From an uncultured Acidobacteriota bacterium (GTDB lineage: Bacteria > Acidobacteriota > Terriglobia > Terriglobales > Acidobacteriaceae), in assembly GCA_963758565.1 (NCBI GenBank), contig CAVWVX010000002.1, positions 202,186 to 266,185 of the forward strand: 64,000 nucleotides of DNA, read 5' to 3'. The position numbers and the translations under genes are program-made. Positions within the stretch are counted from its first letter, which is position 1. Each line of letters opens with the position of its first letter. Below the pieces are notes generated by a model that made no database searches, was not told the DNA's origin, and saw only the letters and a list, made by a program, of their open reading frames with translations. Positions 43,986 to 53,251 of the stretch are shown here, one piece after another.

Positions 43986-46307
43986 ATGACTTTATCCAAG
44001 AAGAACAACTCTGCGACTTCGCCTCCATGGCAACGGTCCGGGTCGAGCAAATCCTTCGCTACTCACGCCTTGGTCTTGAGTGTGCTTTGCGGGTTGATCT
44101 TCGCCTGCCCGCCGTGCCTCATTGCCCAATCCAACCCGGGCCAGCCCGCCAGCGACGATGGCGCGATTCGCGGCGGGTATCTGGTGCACTCTTCCGTGGA
44201 AGTCGGGTATCGCTCCACCGATGTGGATGGCAGTAGCGCAATGTACGACACTCTGGTGAATCTGCAAACCGGTCCGCGCCTTCTGGAGCAGACCCTCTCC
44301 ATGCATGCGCTCGATCATCAGGGCTTCCTGTTTGACGATCTGTCGCTGAACAGCTTTGGCTGGGGCGGCGATCCTAACAATGCCTTGCGTCTACGCGTCG
44401 GCAAGAACAAGTGGTATAAACTGCAGAGCAGTTTTCGACGCGACCAGTATTTCTCCGATTTCGATTTGCTGGCCAACCCGCTGAATCCGCCGCCGCCCCC
44501 GGCGATCGGGGGCTCCACTCCGTCGATACCGGTGCTGAACTCCCCCGCCGAATTCGCCACAACGCGGCGCATGAGCGATGTCGACCTCACTTTGCTGCCG
44601 CAGTCCCGCCTAAGCTTTCGACTGGGCTACTCGCACAACAACATGACCGGTCCGGTTTACACCAGCGTCCACGAGGGCACCGAGGGATTGCTCTTGCAGC
44701 CGTGGAACACAACCATGGATTCCTACCGGATGGGGGCGGATTTTAGAATCGCGCCGCGCACTGTTCTCAGCTATGACCAATTTCTCGATTACTACCGTGG
44801 AGACACCAATACGCAACTCACTTCGTTCGCCCCGGCGCTGTTGCCGGGCGGCTCTCCGGTGGAGCTGGGATTGTCGATTGACACCGCGAACAAGATACCC
44901 TGTGCCGTAAAGGCTCCGGCGACCAGCCTGATCGATTCCACTGGAACCCTTACCAACACTACGTGCAGCGCCTATTTCGACTACTCCCGGGTGCAGCGGA
45001 TACGCACTTCTGCTCCCACTGAGCGCCTCAGCTTTCGCAGCAATTACTTCCAGCGCGTCGATTTGACCGCTTCGTTCTCCTACAGTGACGCGGAGATGAC
45101 CACTCCGTTGACCGAATCCTTCAACGGACTGCTCACCCGCACCAATACGCTGGCGTTCCTGGGCACTGGAACGGCGGCAGCGAGCCGAATCTCCGACACG
45201 TTCGATCTTGGGGCCACGGTGCACTTGACCCCGCATCTTCGGCTGATAGAGAAATTTTATTTCTGGGCTTACCGCATTCCGGAGAACGCGAATTTCAACG
45301 AACTCGACTATAGCTGCGCTGTGGCGCCGTGCAACCTTTTAAGCACGCCGCTGGCCGTGCCGGAGGTGCCGGGTGGAACCCCCACGGTAACTACATCTTC
45401 TTTTAATCAGGACTGGAAGAGAAACCAGACCGAACTGGCCTGGGACATTTCAAAAAAAGTCGGTGCCCGCATCGGCTACCGCTGGGGTGATCGCGAATTT
45501 AATCACTTCAACGACTTTCTGCCGGGAGACCAGGACCATTTCGTAGCCATCGAGAAGACTGCCTTGCTCGGCCTGTGGGCGCGGCCCATTCATACCTTGC
45601 GATTGAATTTCGACTACGAGCACAGCAACTACAACGCTGTCTTCGTCCGCATCTCACCGCGCAAAGAAGCCCGCTACCGCTTTCAGGCCAGCTACACGCC
45701 GCGGCCTTGGGCCATTCTGGGTGGCTCGATCAATCTTCAGCAGGATTCCAATGCCGACATACTCACGGCGTACAAGGCACATAACCAGAACTACGGCATC
45801 ACCGCTTCGCTCGCGCCCCGCCAGCGCTTTAGTCTTGATGTTGCCTATAACTACAACAGCGTTTTGCAGAACGCCCTGATCTGTTTTGCCGACACCGTGC
45901 CCGTTGGAGCGGTGCTGCCCTTCGTCAGCGGCGCCAGCAACAACAATTGCGCGGGCGCCGACATGTCGAACAACCTGATGGCGAATTCGTTCTACAACGC
46001 CCGTACGAATTTCGGCATGACCACCATCCGTTTCAAGTTTGACAAGCGGACCACAGTGAACGCGGGTGGCAGCGTCACCAGTGTTGACGGCAGTATGCCG
46101 CAATTTAATATTCTGCAACCGCAAGGCTCCGCCCAATACAAGTTTTACCAGCCGGTAGCCGGGTTGAGCGTTGATCTGGGTCACAAGCTGGCATGGAACA
46201 GCGGCTGGAACTATTCTCAGTACAACGAAGGTTCGTTTATTGGTCCCACCGCACCGCGTTATTTCCATGCCAACTTGTTGACAGAGTCGCTGCGCTACGC
46301 TTTCTAG
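43986..46307 (+). CDS. Outer-membrane beta-barrel protein, MtrB/PioB-like partner of the decahaem cytochrome
   Basis: Track ORF 43770..46307 trimmed to the ATG at 43986 (GAGGA 6 nt upstream; an alternative ATG at 43974 overlaps the cytochrome stop). Signal peptide. About 770 aa with alternating aromatic/polar beta-strand texture and a C-terminal ..SLRYAF (terminal Phe). Confidence 0.65.
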   Translation: MTLSKKNNSATSPPWQRSGSSKSFATHALVLSVLCGLIFACPPCLIAQSNPGQPASDDGAIRGGYLVHSSVEVGYRSTDVDGSSAMYDTLVNLQTGPRLLEQTLSMHALDHQGFLFDDLSLNSFGWGGDPNNALRLRVGKNKWYKLQSSFRRDQYFSDFDLLANPLNPPPPPAIGGSTPSIPVLNSPAEFATTRRMSDVDLTLLPQSRLSFRLGYSHNNMTGPVYTSVHEGTEGLLLQPWNTTMDSYRMGADFRIAPRTVLSYDQFLDYYRGDTNTQLTSFAPALLPGGSPVELGLSIDTANKIPCAVKAPATSLIDSTGTLTNTTCSAYFDYSRVQRIRTSAPTERLSFRSNYFQRVDLTASFSYSDAEMTTPLTESFNGLLTRTNTLAFLGTGTAAASRISDTFDLGATVHLTPHLRLIEKFYFWAYRIPENANFNELDYSCAVAPCNLLSTPLAVPEVPGGTPTVTTSSFNQDWKRNQTELAWDISKKVGARIGYRWGDREFNHFNDFLPGDQDHFVAIEKTALLGLWARPIHTLRLNFDYEHSNYNAVFVRISPRKEARYRFQASYTPRPWAILGGSINLQQDSNADILTAYKAHNQNYGITASLAPRQRFSLDVAYNYNSVLQNALICFADTVPVGAVLPFVSGASNNNCAGADMSNNLMANSFYNARTNFGMTTIRFKFDKRTTVNAGGSVTSVDGSMPQFNILQPQGSAQYKFYQPVAGLSVDLGHKLAWNSGWNYSQYNEGSFIGPTAPRYFHANLLTESLRYAF

Positions 46308-46566
46308 GTTTCCTGCAATGCCTGGGTGACGTGCCGCTAAAACCTTGTGTCACGCCGTTTCGTCCTGCGTTTCGGCTATGGCGCACTACTGTCATCCGCC
46401 GCTGGTTGCGAAAGATTGTCTGCGCCCAGGGTTTGGCTCTGCGGGAGCACGACATGGCGGACCCGCCGGCAGTGATGGTATTGACGCGAGCGTTGTCGCG
46501 CTTCCACTGATTTCCTCGCTTCTTCCGAACCCGCCCGCATCTTCCAACTTTAATTCAACGAGAACG

Positions 46567-47928
46567 CTATACACCCCAGAGGTAGTCCTCCTGTTGCTGG
46601 TCGTGATGATCGGTCGGAATGGGAAGAGGGAGATTGAAGGTCTGGGTTTGCGCAGCCATGGGGAAAGGCCGGTGCGGCTCCGGCGAAGCTACGGAGTTGG
46701 AAGCTGCGGCAGAGGCCGTGGCGGCGGCGGGCAGCGGTTCGAACAGCGGTGTAGCGGAAGCTGCGGGCTTGTGCGTATCGCGGATCAATTCGAGCAAGTG
46801 GTGATCTTCGACGTGCTTGATCTTGTCGGCGAGCCGGACGAAGCGACGGTAGATATCGTCGAGAGCGCGGCGGTCGAATTCGTACCCCAGCTGCCCGCAG
46901 CGGATGGCGAGCGCGTGGCGTCCGGAGTGTTTGCCCAGCACCAGTTTTGAGTCCGGCACGCCCACCGATTTTGGAGTCATGATCTCGTAGGTGAGCGGAT
47001 TTTTCAACATGCCATCCTGATGAATGCCGGCTTCGTGGGCGAAGGCGTTCCGTCCGATAATAGCTTTATTCGGCTGTACCGGGACGCCAGTAATTTCGCT
47101 GAGCAACTGGCTGGCGGGAAAAAGATGTTCGGCGGCTACGCCCGTTTCGTAGGGGTAGCGATCGTGGCGGACGCGCATGGCCATGACCAGTTCTTCAAGC
47201 GAGGCATTTCCCGCACGCTCGCCGATCCCATTGATGGTGCATTCGACCTGGCGGGCTCCAGCGGCGACGGCAGCCATGGTATTGGCGACAGCCATGCCTA
47301 GGTCGTTATGGCAGTGAGCCGAGATAGTAACGTTCTCGATTCCCTTCACGCGGCGGCGGATCGTGGTGATGAGTTCGCCGAACTCAGAGGGAATGGTATA
47401 GCCAACGGTGTCGGGAATATTGAGCGTGGTGGCCCCGGCGGAGATGACCGCCTCGAGCACATGGCAAAGAAAGTCTGGATCGGTGCGGGTGGCGTCTTCG
47501 GGGGAAAATTCAACGTCGTCGCACAGCGATTTCGCGAATGCCACAGCTTCGCGGGCCTGGGCCAGACACTCTTCCCGGCTGATGCGCAGCTTATGTTGCA
47601 GGTGAATGTCGGAAGTGGCCAGGAATACGTGAATACGAGGGCGGGCGGCGTGCTTCAAAGCTTCCCAGGCCCGCTCAATGTCGGGGCGGCAGGCACGGGC
47701 CAGACCGGCAATAATAGGGCGGCGGATGACGGCAGATATGGCTTTGACTGCGGCGAAATCGCCGTCGGAGGCAATGGGAAATCCGGCTTCAATCACATCG
47801 ACGCCAAGGCGGTCGAGTTGGTGAGCCAGGCGCAGCTTTTCCTGATGGTTCATGCTGCAACCGGGAGACTGTTCTCCATCGCGGAGAGTGGTATCGAAGA
47901 CGGTAACGCGAACCTGATCCGTAGCCAT
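46567..47928 (-). CDS. 2-isopropylmalate synthase / homocitrate synthase-family enzyme lacking the usual C-terminal regulatory domain
   Basis: The N-terminus [36 protein letters not shown] and GIGERAGNA form the HMGL-like TIM barrel. The last ~70 aa are a low-complexity Ala/Pro/Ser/Gln tail. Confidence 0.8.
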   Translation of the reverse strand: MATDQVRVTVFDTTLRDGEQSPGCSMNHQEKLRLAHQLDRLGVDVIEAGFPIASDGDFAAVKAISAVIRRPIIAGLARACRPDIERAWEALKHAARPRIHVFLATSDIHLQHKLRISREECLAQAREAVAFAKSLCDDVEFSPEDATRTDPDFLCHVLEAVISAGATTLNIPDTVGYTIPSEFGELITTIRRRVKGIENVTISAHCHNDLGMAVANTMAAVAAGARQVECTINGIGERAGNASLEELVMAMRVRHDRYPYETGVAAEHLFPASQLLSEITGVPVQPNKAIIGRNAFAHEAGIHQDGMLKNPLTYEIMTPKSVGVPDSKLVLGKHSGRHALAIRCGQLGYEFDRRALDDIYRRFVRLADKIKHVEDHHLLELIRDTHKPAASATPLFEPLPAAATASAAASNSVASPEPHRPFPMAAQTQTFNLPLPIPTDHHDQQQEDYLWGV

Positions 47929-48065
47929 GAGATTTCTTGATTCCTTCGTAGTCTCAATGGTACGGGGTTACTGTGGTTAAGCAAAACTTATAATTCTTAA
48001 ATGACCATTAGTTTTGCTACTATGATAAGATATTCTAATTGACAATGAAGTTATTATAAGGGTGA
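47929..48065. promoter_or_regulatory. AT-rich divergent promoter / LysR-operator region
   Basis: Markedly AT-rich 137-nt spacer between divergent genes. The 8-nt inverted repeat cttataat (47987-47994) / attataag (48053-48060) places a TATAAT hexamer in each orientation. TTGACA at 48039-48044. Confidence 0.35.
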
Positions 48066-48986
48066 ATGATGGAGCTTTCGCAGCTGGAAGTGTTCCTGGC
48101 AGTGGCGCGCGAGCATCGCTTCTCGCGGGCGGCTGAAAAACTGCATCGCACGCAATCGGCCGTGAGCCAGACCATCCGCAAGCTCGAAGACGAGCTCGGA
48201 GAGGCTTTATTTGACCGTTCGTCTCGGGAAGGTGCGCTGACCGACGCGGGAACCGTGCTTTACGAATACGCCGAGAAGTTGTTGAATTTGCGGCATGACG
48301 CGCAGGAGTCGCTGACCGAACTGCGGGAGTTGCACAAGGGTAAGCTGGTGATCGCGGCCAATGAATTCACCGCGCTGTATCTTTTGCCGGTGCTGGCGGA
48401 ATACCGCAGGCTGCATCCCATGATCAAGATTACGGTGCAGCGGGCTTTGGGCAGCAGGATTCCGGACGACGTGTTGCAGCACACCGCCGAACTGGGGGTG
48501 TTGTCGTATAAGCCAGAAGAGCCTCGGCTGCACTCGGTGGTGACTTATCTGGACGAACTCGTGCTGGTGGTCCCGCCAAAACATCCACTGGCGACGGCGA
48601 AGCAGGTAAGCATTCGCCAGTTGGGGGCTGAATCTTTTGTGGCGCACATTGTGTCTTCGCCGTACCGCGAAAAAGTCTTGCAAACATTTCATAAATACAA
48701 AACCCCGCTCCATATGGATTTGGAATTGCCGACGCTGCAGGCGATCAAGCAATTTGTTGCTCTGGGAAACGGCGTCGCCTTCATGCCGGAAATTGGTGTG
48801 GAAGCGGAACTGGCTCGCGGTGAGTTGGTGCGAATTCCGGTGCGGGAGTTGAGAGTGCAGCGGAAGTTGCGGCTGATTTATCGCAAAGAGGCAGGATTGT
48901 CCCATGCGGCGCGCGCGTTTATGAAAGTGGCGGAAGCGGTGGCCGTGGAGCGGGCGGGGCGCTATCGGTTCCAGCGGGAAAGTTGA
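48066..48986 (+). CDS. LysR-family transcriptional regulator
   Basis: N-terminal wHTH LSQLEVFLAVAREHRFSRAAEKLHRTQSAVSQTIRKLEDELG. About 300 aa with a typical LysR substrate-binding domain. Confidence 0.92.
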   Translation: MMELSQLEVFLAVAREHRFSRAAEKLHRTQSAVSQTIRKLEDELGEALFDRSSREGALTDAGTVLYEYAEKLLNLRHDAQESLTELRELHKGKLVIAANEFTALYLLPVLAEYRRLHPMIKITVQRALGSRIPDDVLQHTAELGVLSYKPEEPRLHSVVTYLDELVLVVPPKHPLATAKQVSIRQLGAESFVAHIVSSPYREKVLQTFHKYKTPLHMDLELPTLQAIKQFVALGNGVAFMPEIGVEAELARGELVRIPVRELRVQRKLRLIYRKEAGLSHAARAFMKVAEAVAVERAGRYRFQRES

Positions 48987-49046
48987 CTGCTGCAACACCA
49001 GGCTATGCCGGAGCCAGCGGTCTCCCCCGCATTCAAAGGATGTGTC

Positions 49047-49412
49047 TTAGCAGTCGGCGCAAGCTTCGGAGGGCTGCAAAGCCGCCAGCGCTTCGCCCAG
49101 GGTGGAATGAATATCGAGAACAGAATTTACATGAGTAATCCGGAGCAGGGTATGCACCAGGGGCGTGGGATTGGCGCACTTAAGCTCCGCGTTGCGCGAA
49201 CGTGCCCAGGTTTGAAGAAAAACTAACTCACCAATGCCAGCACTGTCGATGGATGTGACGCCGTTAAGGTCGAGCACGACTTTGCCGCCCTGATCGAGAA
49301 TTTCGCCGACCAGGCGCGAAAGAGAAGCGGCCTCTTCGCGATAGACGATGCGGCCCTGGCAGTGAACGATCATTACATCACCGCGATTGCGAGTTTCCAA
49401 ACTGAGTTTCAA
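49047..49412 (-). CDS. STAS-domain anti-sigma-factor antagonist (SpoIIAA-like)
   Basis: VVLDLNGVTSIDSAGIGELV motif with the phosphorylatable Ser context. TTG start with AAGGAG 6 nt upstream. Confidence 0.8.
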   Translation of the reverse strand: MKLSLETRNRGDVMIVHCQGRIVYREEAASLSRLVGEILDQGGKVVLDLNGVTSIDSAGIGELVFLQTWARSRNAELKCANPTPLVHTLLRITHVNSVLDIHSTLGEALAALQPSEACADC

Positions 49413-49709
49413 CGTTGACTCCTTGTAGGGTGCTGCCAGAACGGCCCAAGGTTGCGGTTGCGAGGATGATGGCTAATTTGTGTTTGAGAATTCCATGCTA
49501 CCTGATAGACGCGTGAAAATGGGTTTCGGAATCATGAAAAACACATAATTTCTCGCACAGAGGTTCTAGTTCTGCACTGCCATGATTTTAAAAGGCATGG
49601 GCATCCTGCGAGGGCGTTCGGCCGCATCCAAGCAATAGTCGCTAAAGTATTTCGTACATTCAGGTAGAATTTGCTGCTGGCACTTATTTGCCGGGGAGGA
49701 TTCATCTTC

Positions 49710-50240
49710 GTGTTGAAAACCGTTGCCGTAGTTCTGGCATTCCTGACCTTAATGCTGGTCTCAGCAAATTCCAAAGCCCAACTTATTCCCAGCGGAAACC
49801 TTTATGCCGGGGCGGCGTATGCGTCTTCTGAAGACGTCGTGAACCGGCTGGCCTTCCGGGGATGGGATGGTTCGGTGGAAGCATTTCCATTTCACCATGC
49901 CGCTTATGTGGGTATTGTGCTGGATGGCAGCGGTCTTTATACGAAAGGTGCGGCCAACTCGGGCACCATTCAACAGTACAACCTGGTGCTGGGTCCGCGG
50001 GTATCGATGAACTACGGAAAGTGGCGTCCATTTGCGCACGTGATGGGCGGGATACAACAGACCAAGTCTGGCGGAAACAACTATCATCCGGCTGCCCTCG
50101 ACTTCGGCGGCGGCGTCGACCGCAAACTGACCTTCAAGAATTTCTCCTGGCGATTGCAATTCGACTACGTGCATACCCACCTGCTCAGCCAGAGCCAGAA
50201 CGAATATCGGGGCTCAACCGGAATTGTCTGGCGCTTCTGA
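49710..50240 (+). CDS. Small outer-membrane beta-barrel protein (paralogue 1 of 3)
   Basis: GTG at 49710 with GGAGGA 9 nt upstream. Signal peptide ..LVSANSKAQ. Shared motifs IPSGN.., GWDGSVE, FGPRVS..GKWRPFAH, GGGVD.K, C-terminal STGIVWRF. Confidence 0.7.
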   Translation: MLKTVAVVLAFLTLMLVSANSKAQLIPSGNLYAGAAYASSEDVVNRLAFRGWDGSVEAFPFHHAAYVGIVLDGSGLYTKGAANSGTIQQYNLVLGPRVSMNYGKWRPFAHVMGGIQQTKSGGNNYHPAALDFGGGVDRKLTFKNFSWRLQFDYVHTHLLSQSQNEYRGSTGIVWRF

Positions 50241-50346
50241 GAGAGAAGCGGTTTAAACATAAAACGTTTCACGCATCCGAAACTTCCGGCAACGATCTGG
50301 GTTGGTGGAGTTGTCCACGTTCGAACTCGAACTCCGGAGGGACTCT

Positions 50347-50964
50347 ATGCGGCTGCCCGGAACCACAACGGCGCGCCTGCGCCGATCGCTAGCAATTGCC
50401 ATCGTGAGTTTGGTCTCTTGTGTGGCGAACGCACAAGTTCCCACCAGCGGAAACGTTTTCTTCGGCTACTCCTATCTCAATACGACACCCCTCACTTTCG
50501 TCGGGATCACCAGCCGGCAGGGCCTGAATGGATGGGAAGGGTCAGTCGAGGGCAAGGTGTTTCGTTATGTCGGAGTGGTGGCTGACTTCAGCGGAAATTA
50601 TGGCTCGCAGACACTGCCGATCGCCGTTGGAACCTGTGCAATTGGAGTGGTGTGCTCGCCCATCCGGACGAACACCCACATCCAGAACTTTCTCTTTGGG
50701 CCACGAGTGTCAGCCAACTTTGGGAAGGTACGCCCGTTTGGCGAATTCTTGGTGGGCGCCGGACATGCGGATGCGACTTCGCCTGGGCCTGATTCCATAG
50801 TGTCGAACGACACGACGTTTGCCCTGGCTGTCGGGGGTGGCCTGGATTACAAAATCATCCGACCCATCGCTGCACGCTTTCAGGCTGATTACATTCAGAC
50901 ACATCTCTTCGGAACGAATCAGAACAATATTCGGTTGTCGACGGGCATCGTGCTGAGATTTTAG
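50347..50964 (+). CDS. Small outer-membrane beta-barrel protein (paralogue 2 of 3)
   Basis: ATG at 50347 after GGAGGGA. Signal ..VSCVANAQ. VPTSGNVFFGYSY, NGWEGSVEGKV, LFGPRVSANFGKVRPFGE, GGGLDYKIIRP, STGIVLRF. Confidence 0.7.
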   Translation: MRLPGTTTARLRRSLAIAIVSLVSCVANAQVPTSGNVFFGYSYLNTTPLTFVGITSRQGLNGWEGSVEGKVFRYVGVVADFSGNYGSQTLPIAVGTCAIGVVCSPIRTNTHIQNFLFGPRVSANFGKVRPFGEFLVGAGHADATSPGPDSIVSNDTTFALAVGGGLDYKIIRPIAARFQADYIQTHLFGTNQNNIRLSTGIVLRF

Positions 50965-51096
50965 CTGTTGTGTGCGATGCCGGACGCATAGAAAAACTGG
51001 CCAGCATTCGTGTTAATGCTTCCCTACTCAAGGGCATCCAAACGGTTATTGCATCCTCGTGCAAATCAAGTTAGAGAGTTGAGGTTGAATGTTGCT

Positions 51097-51642
51097 ATGC
51101 GAAAAGTTGGAATCACTCTTGCTCTTCTACTATTTGCTGGACTGGCAAGCGCACAAATTCCGACCAGCGGGAATGTGTCTTTTGGCTATACCTATTACAG
51201 TGCCGACGTCACGTCACTGGGTCGCACCAGTTTCAACGGCTGGAACGGATCGCTGGAGGGCAAGGTCCTCCCTTTCATCGGAATGGTCGCAGATATAAGC
51301 AGTGTCTACGGTTCCGCCAATGAACTAATTTTGTGTCCCGAGATTGTTTGTCCCACACAGAGCATCAGCGCGCACGAGCAGAATTTTCTATTCGGCCCGC
51401 GGGTGTCGGCATCGGTGGGCAAGTTTCGTCCTTTTGCCGAAGCGTTATTTGGAGCGGGCCACGTGAACGTGAATGGCTATTCTTCCGATACGTCGTTTGC
51501 GACGGCAGTCGGCGGCGGGCTTGATTACAAAATCATACGACCCCTCGCGTGGCGGTTTGAGGGGGACTACGTTCAAACTCGCTTCTTTGGCACGACCCAG
51601 AACAATGTGCGGATCTCTACGGGAATCGTGTTGCGCTTTTAG
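51097..51642 (+). CDS. Small outer-membrane beta-barrel protein (paralogue 3 of 3)
   Basis: ATG at 51097. Signal MRKVGITLALLLFAGLASAQ. IPTSGNVSFGYTY, NGWNGSLEGKV, LFGPRVSASVGKFRPFAE, GGGLDYKIIRP, STGIVLRF. Confidence 0.7.
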   Translation: MRKVGITLALLLFAGLASAQIPTSGNVSFGYTYYSADVTSLGRTSFNGWNGSLEGKVLPFIGMVADISSVYGSANELILCPEIVCPTQSISAHEQNFLFGPRVSASVGKFRPFAEALFGAGHVNVNGYSSDTSFATAVGGGLDYKIIRPLAWRFEGDYVQTRFFGTTQNNVRISTGIVLRF

Positions 51643-51654
51643 CGGCGCTTCGTT

Positions 51655-52410
51655 TTAAGTCTGCCAGTATTTGTGATCGCGTAAGAAGTAGTTTTCGTTC
51701 CAGTAGTTCATTGCCGTCTTCAGGAAGAGCCATCCCACGCGCATGTGTCCCATCTTCTGGAAGCGGCGGTTGGTGGTGTAGACGCCGCCGCGCACGATGC
51801 CGAAGCGCTTGCGTTCTACTTGTTGGCTGAGCCGATAATCCTCGGCAAAAAGAACTTGTTCGTGAAATCCGCGGAGCTCGCGAAATTTCTTCAGGTCGAA
51901 AAGCATGAACATCCCAGTGGCGAAGGGATGATGCAGCCGCGAGAGATGCTGGAATAGATCGTTGCCAACATAGAACAATTTGTCGACCCAGTTGCCGCCC
52001 TGGCACAGAATATTTGTCGTCACGCAATGAAGTTTCTTGCCTTGCGCCAGTTCCACCGCACGGCGGATGACCGAGGGATGCGCCAGTTCAATATCGGCGT
52101 CGAGAAAGAGAACGTAGGTGCTCTCGGCGTGTGCCGCACCCAGATTGCGCCCCACGGATGGCATGCCGCCGCGAATCACGCTGACGTTCAGGCGGTCGCG
52201 AAAGCCAAGAACAATTTCAGGAGTGCCGTCGGTCGAATTGGCGTCAGCGACCAACACTCTCGTACTCGACATCTTCGAGTAGTCCTGATTCGTCAGCGAA
52301 GTCAGCAGGCGCGGAATCAGTTTCGCCTCGTTCTTGGCCGGAATCACGATCGTCAGTTCGCTCGTGGTATTGATGCTCATCGTATTCATGGATTTGAACT
52401 CCCTGTTCAT
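51655..52410 (-). CDS. Family 2 glycosyltransferase
   Basis: LTIVIPAKNEAKLIPRLLTSLTNQDY.. and FLDADIE (DxD). The start is ambiguous (52410, 52389 or 52380). Confidence 0.85.
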   Translation of the reverse strand: MNREFKSMNTMSINTTSELTIVIPAKNEAKLIPRLLTSLTNQDYSKMSSTRVLVADANSTDGTPEIVLGFRDRLNVSVIRGGMPSVGRNLGAAHAESTYVLFLDADIELAHPSVIRRAVELAQGKKLHCVTTNILCQGGNWVDKLFYVGNDLFQHLSRLHHPFATGMFMLFDLKKFRELRGFHEQVLFAEDYRLSQQVERKRFGIVRGGVYTTNRRFQKMGHMRVGWLFLKTAMNYWNENYFLRDHKYWQT

Positions 52411-53068
52411 CGATTGTCAGATACGTCATGCGCGAATCGACCCAGCCGCCTGAGTTGTAATAATGAATTTCGTTTTCATGCACATGAACCGCCTGGTGAG
52501 TATGCCCGCAGAAAATACGATCAGCGCCCTGCTGGTGCGCATAGTGCACCGCACCGGAAGAAACTTTCGACGACATGCGCAGCCAGCGCGTATTGAGCCG
52601 GTCAATCAGCCGGACGATGGGCTTGTTCTTGAAATCCATCTTCTGCAGGGCGAGATAGAGCGATGTCCCAAACTTGCTCAGGCGCACGTTATTCACTTGA
52701 AAGCCATCGAACTGGTGCCCGTGGATCGCCACGTGACGCAGGCCGCCATAGTCCCACGTGTAATCTTGATAAACGCGCACCCCGACCAGGTGCGACATGA
52801 TATCGGTGAGCCCGTGGTCGTGATTGCCTTCCACCCAAACGACTTCGACGCTGCGCTTAGGGTTCGAGAGCTTGCGAATGTAGCCGAGAAACTTCCAATG
52901 ATCTTTGGTGAGGCGGGCAAAGTTGAGGTCGGCGAAAATGTCGCCCAGCAAAATCAGCCGCCGAAAACGGTTTTCCTTCAGCACGCGCGTGGCTTCGCGG
53001 GCATGGCTCGTCTCTGCACCGAGGTGCAGGTCGGAAAGGATCAGCGTGTTGTACACGGGCAGATCCAC
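52244..53068 (-). CDS. Calcineurin-type metallophosphoesterase (LpxH-like)
   Basis: LILSDLHLG, LLGDIFAD, VEGNHDHG, AIHGHQFD, CGHTHQ. An acidic ~45-aa C-terminal tail overlaps the downstream GT2 gene. Confidence 0.75.
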   Translation of the reverse strand: MDLPVYNTLILSDLHLGAETSHAREATRVLKENRFRRLILLGDIFADLNFARLTKDHWKFLGYIRKLSNPKRSVEVVWVEGNHDHGLTDIMSHLVGVRVYQDYTWDYGGLRHVAIHGHQFDGFQVNNVRLSKFGTSLYLALQKMDFKNKPIVRLIDRLNTRWLRMSSKVSSGAVHYAHQQGADRIFCGHTHQAVHVHENEIHYYNSGGWVDSRMTYLTIDEQGVQIHEYDEHQYHERTDDRDSGQERGETDSAPADFADESGLLEDVEYESVGR

Positions 53069-53251
53069 AGTTCAGTTATAGCCTTGGAATGTTACGGCCC
53101 GGTTAAATGTGCATCAAAATTGGTGCAGTGGTATCGGGCGGGTAACCCGCAGTAGCTGCAACTAAACAAAGGATTTGGCGGAACCCGATCTCGGAAATGT
53201 TTCAGCTGTGTGAATCAGTAGCGGCCTTTTCACGTAGACTGAATTTCCCTT

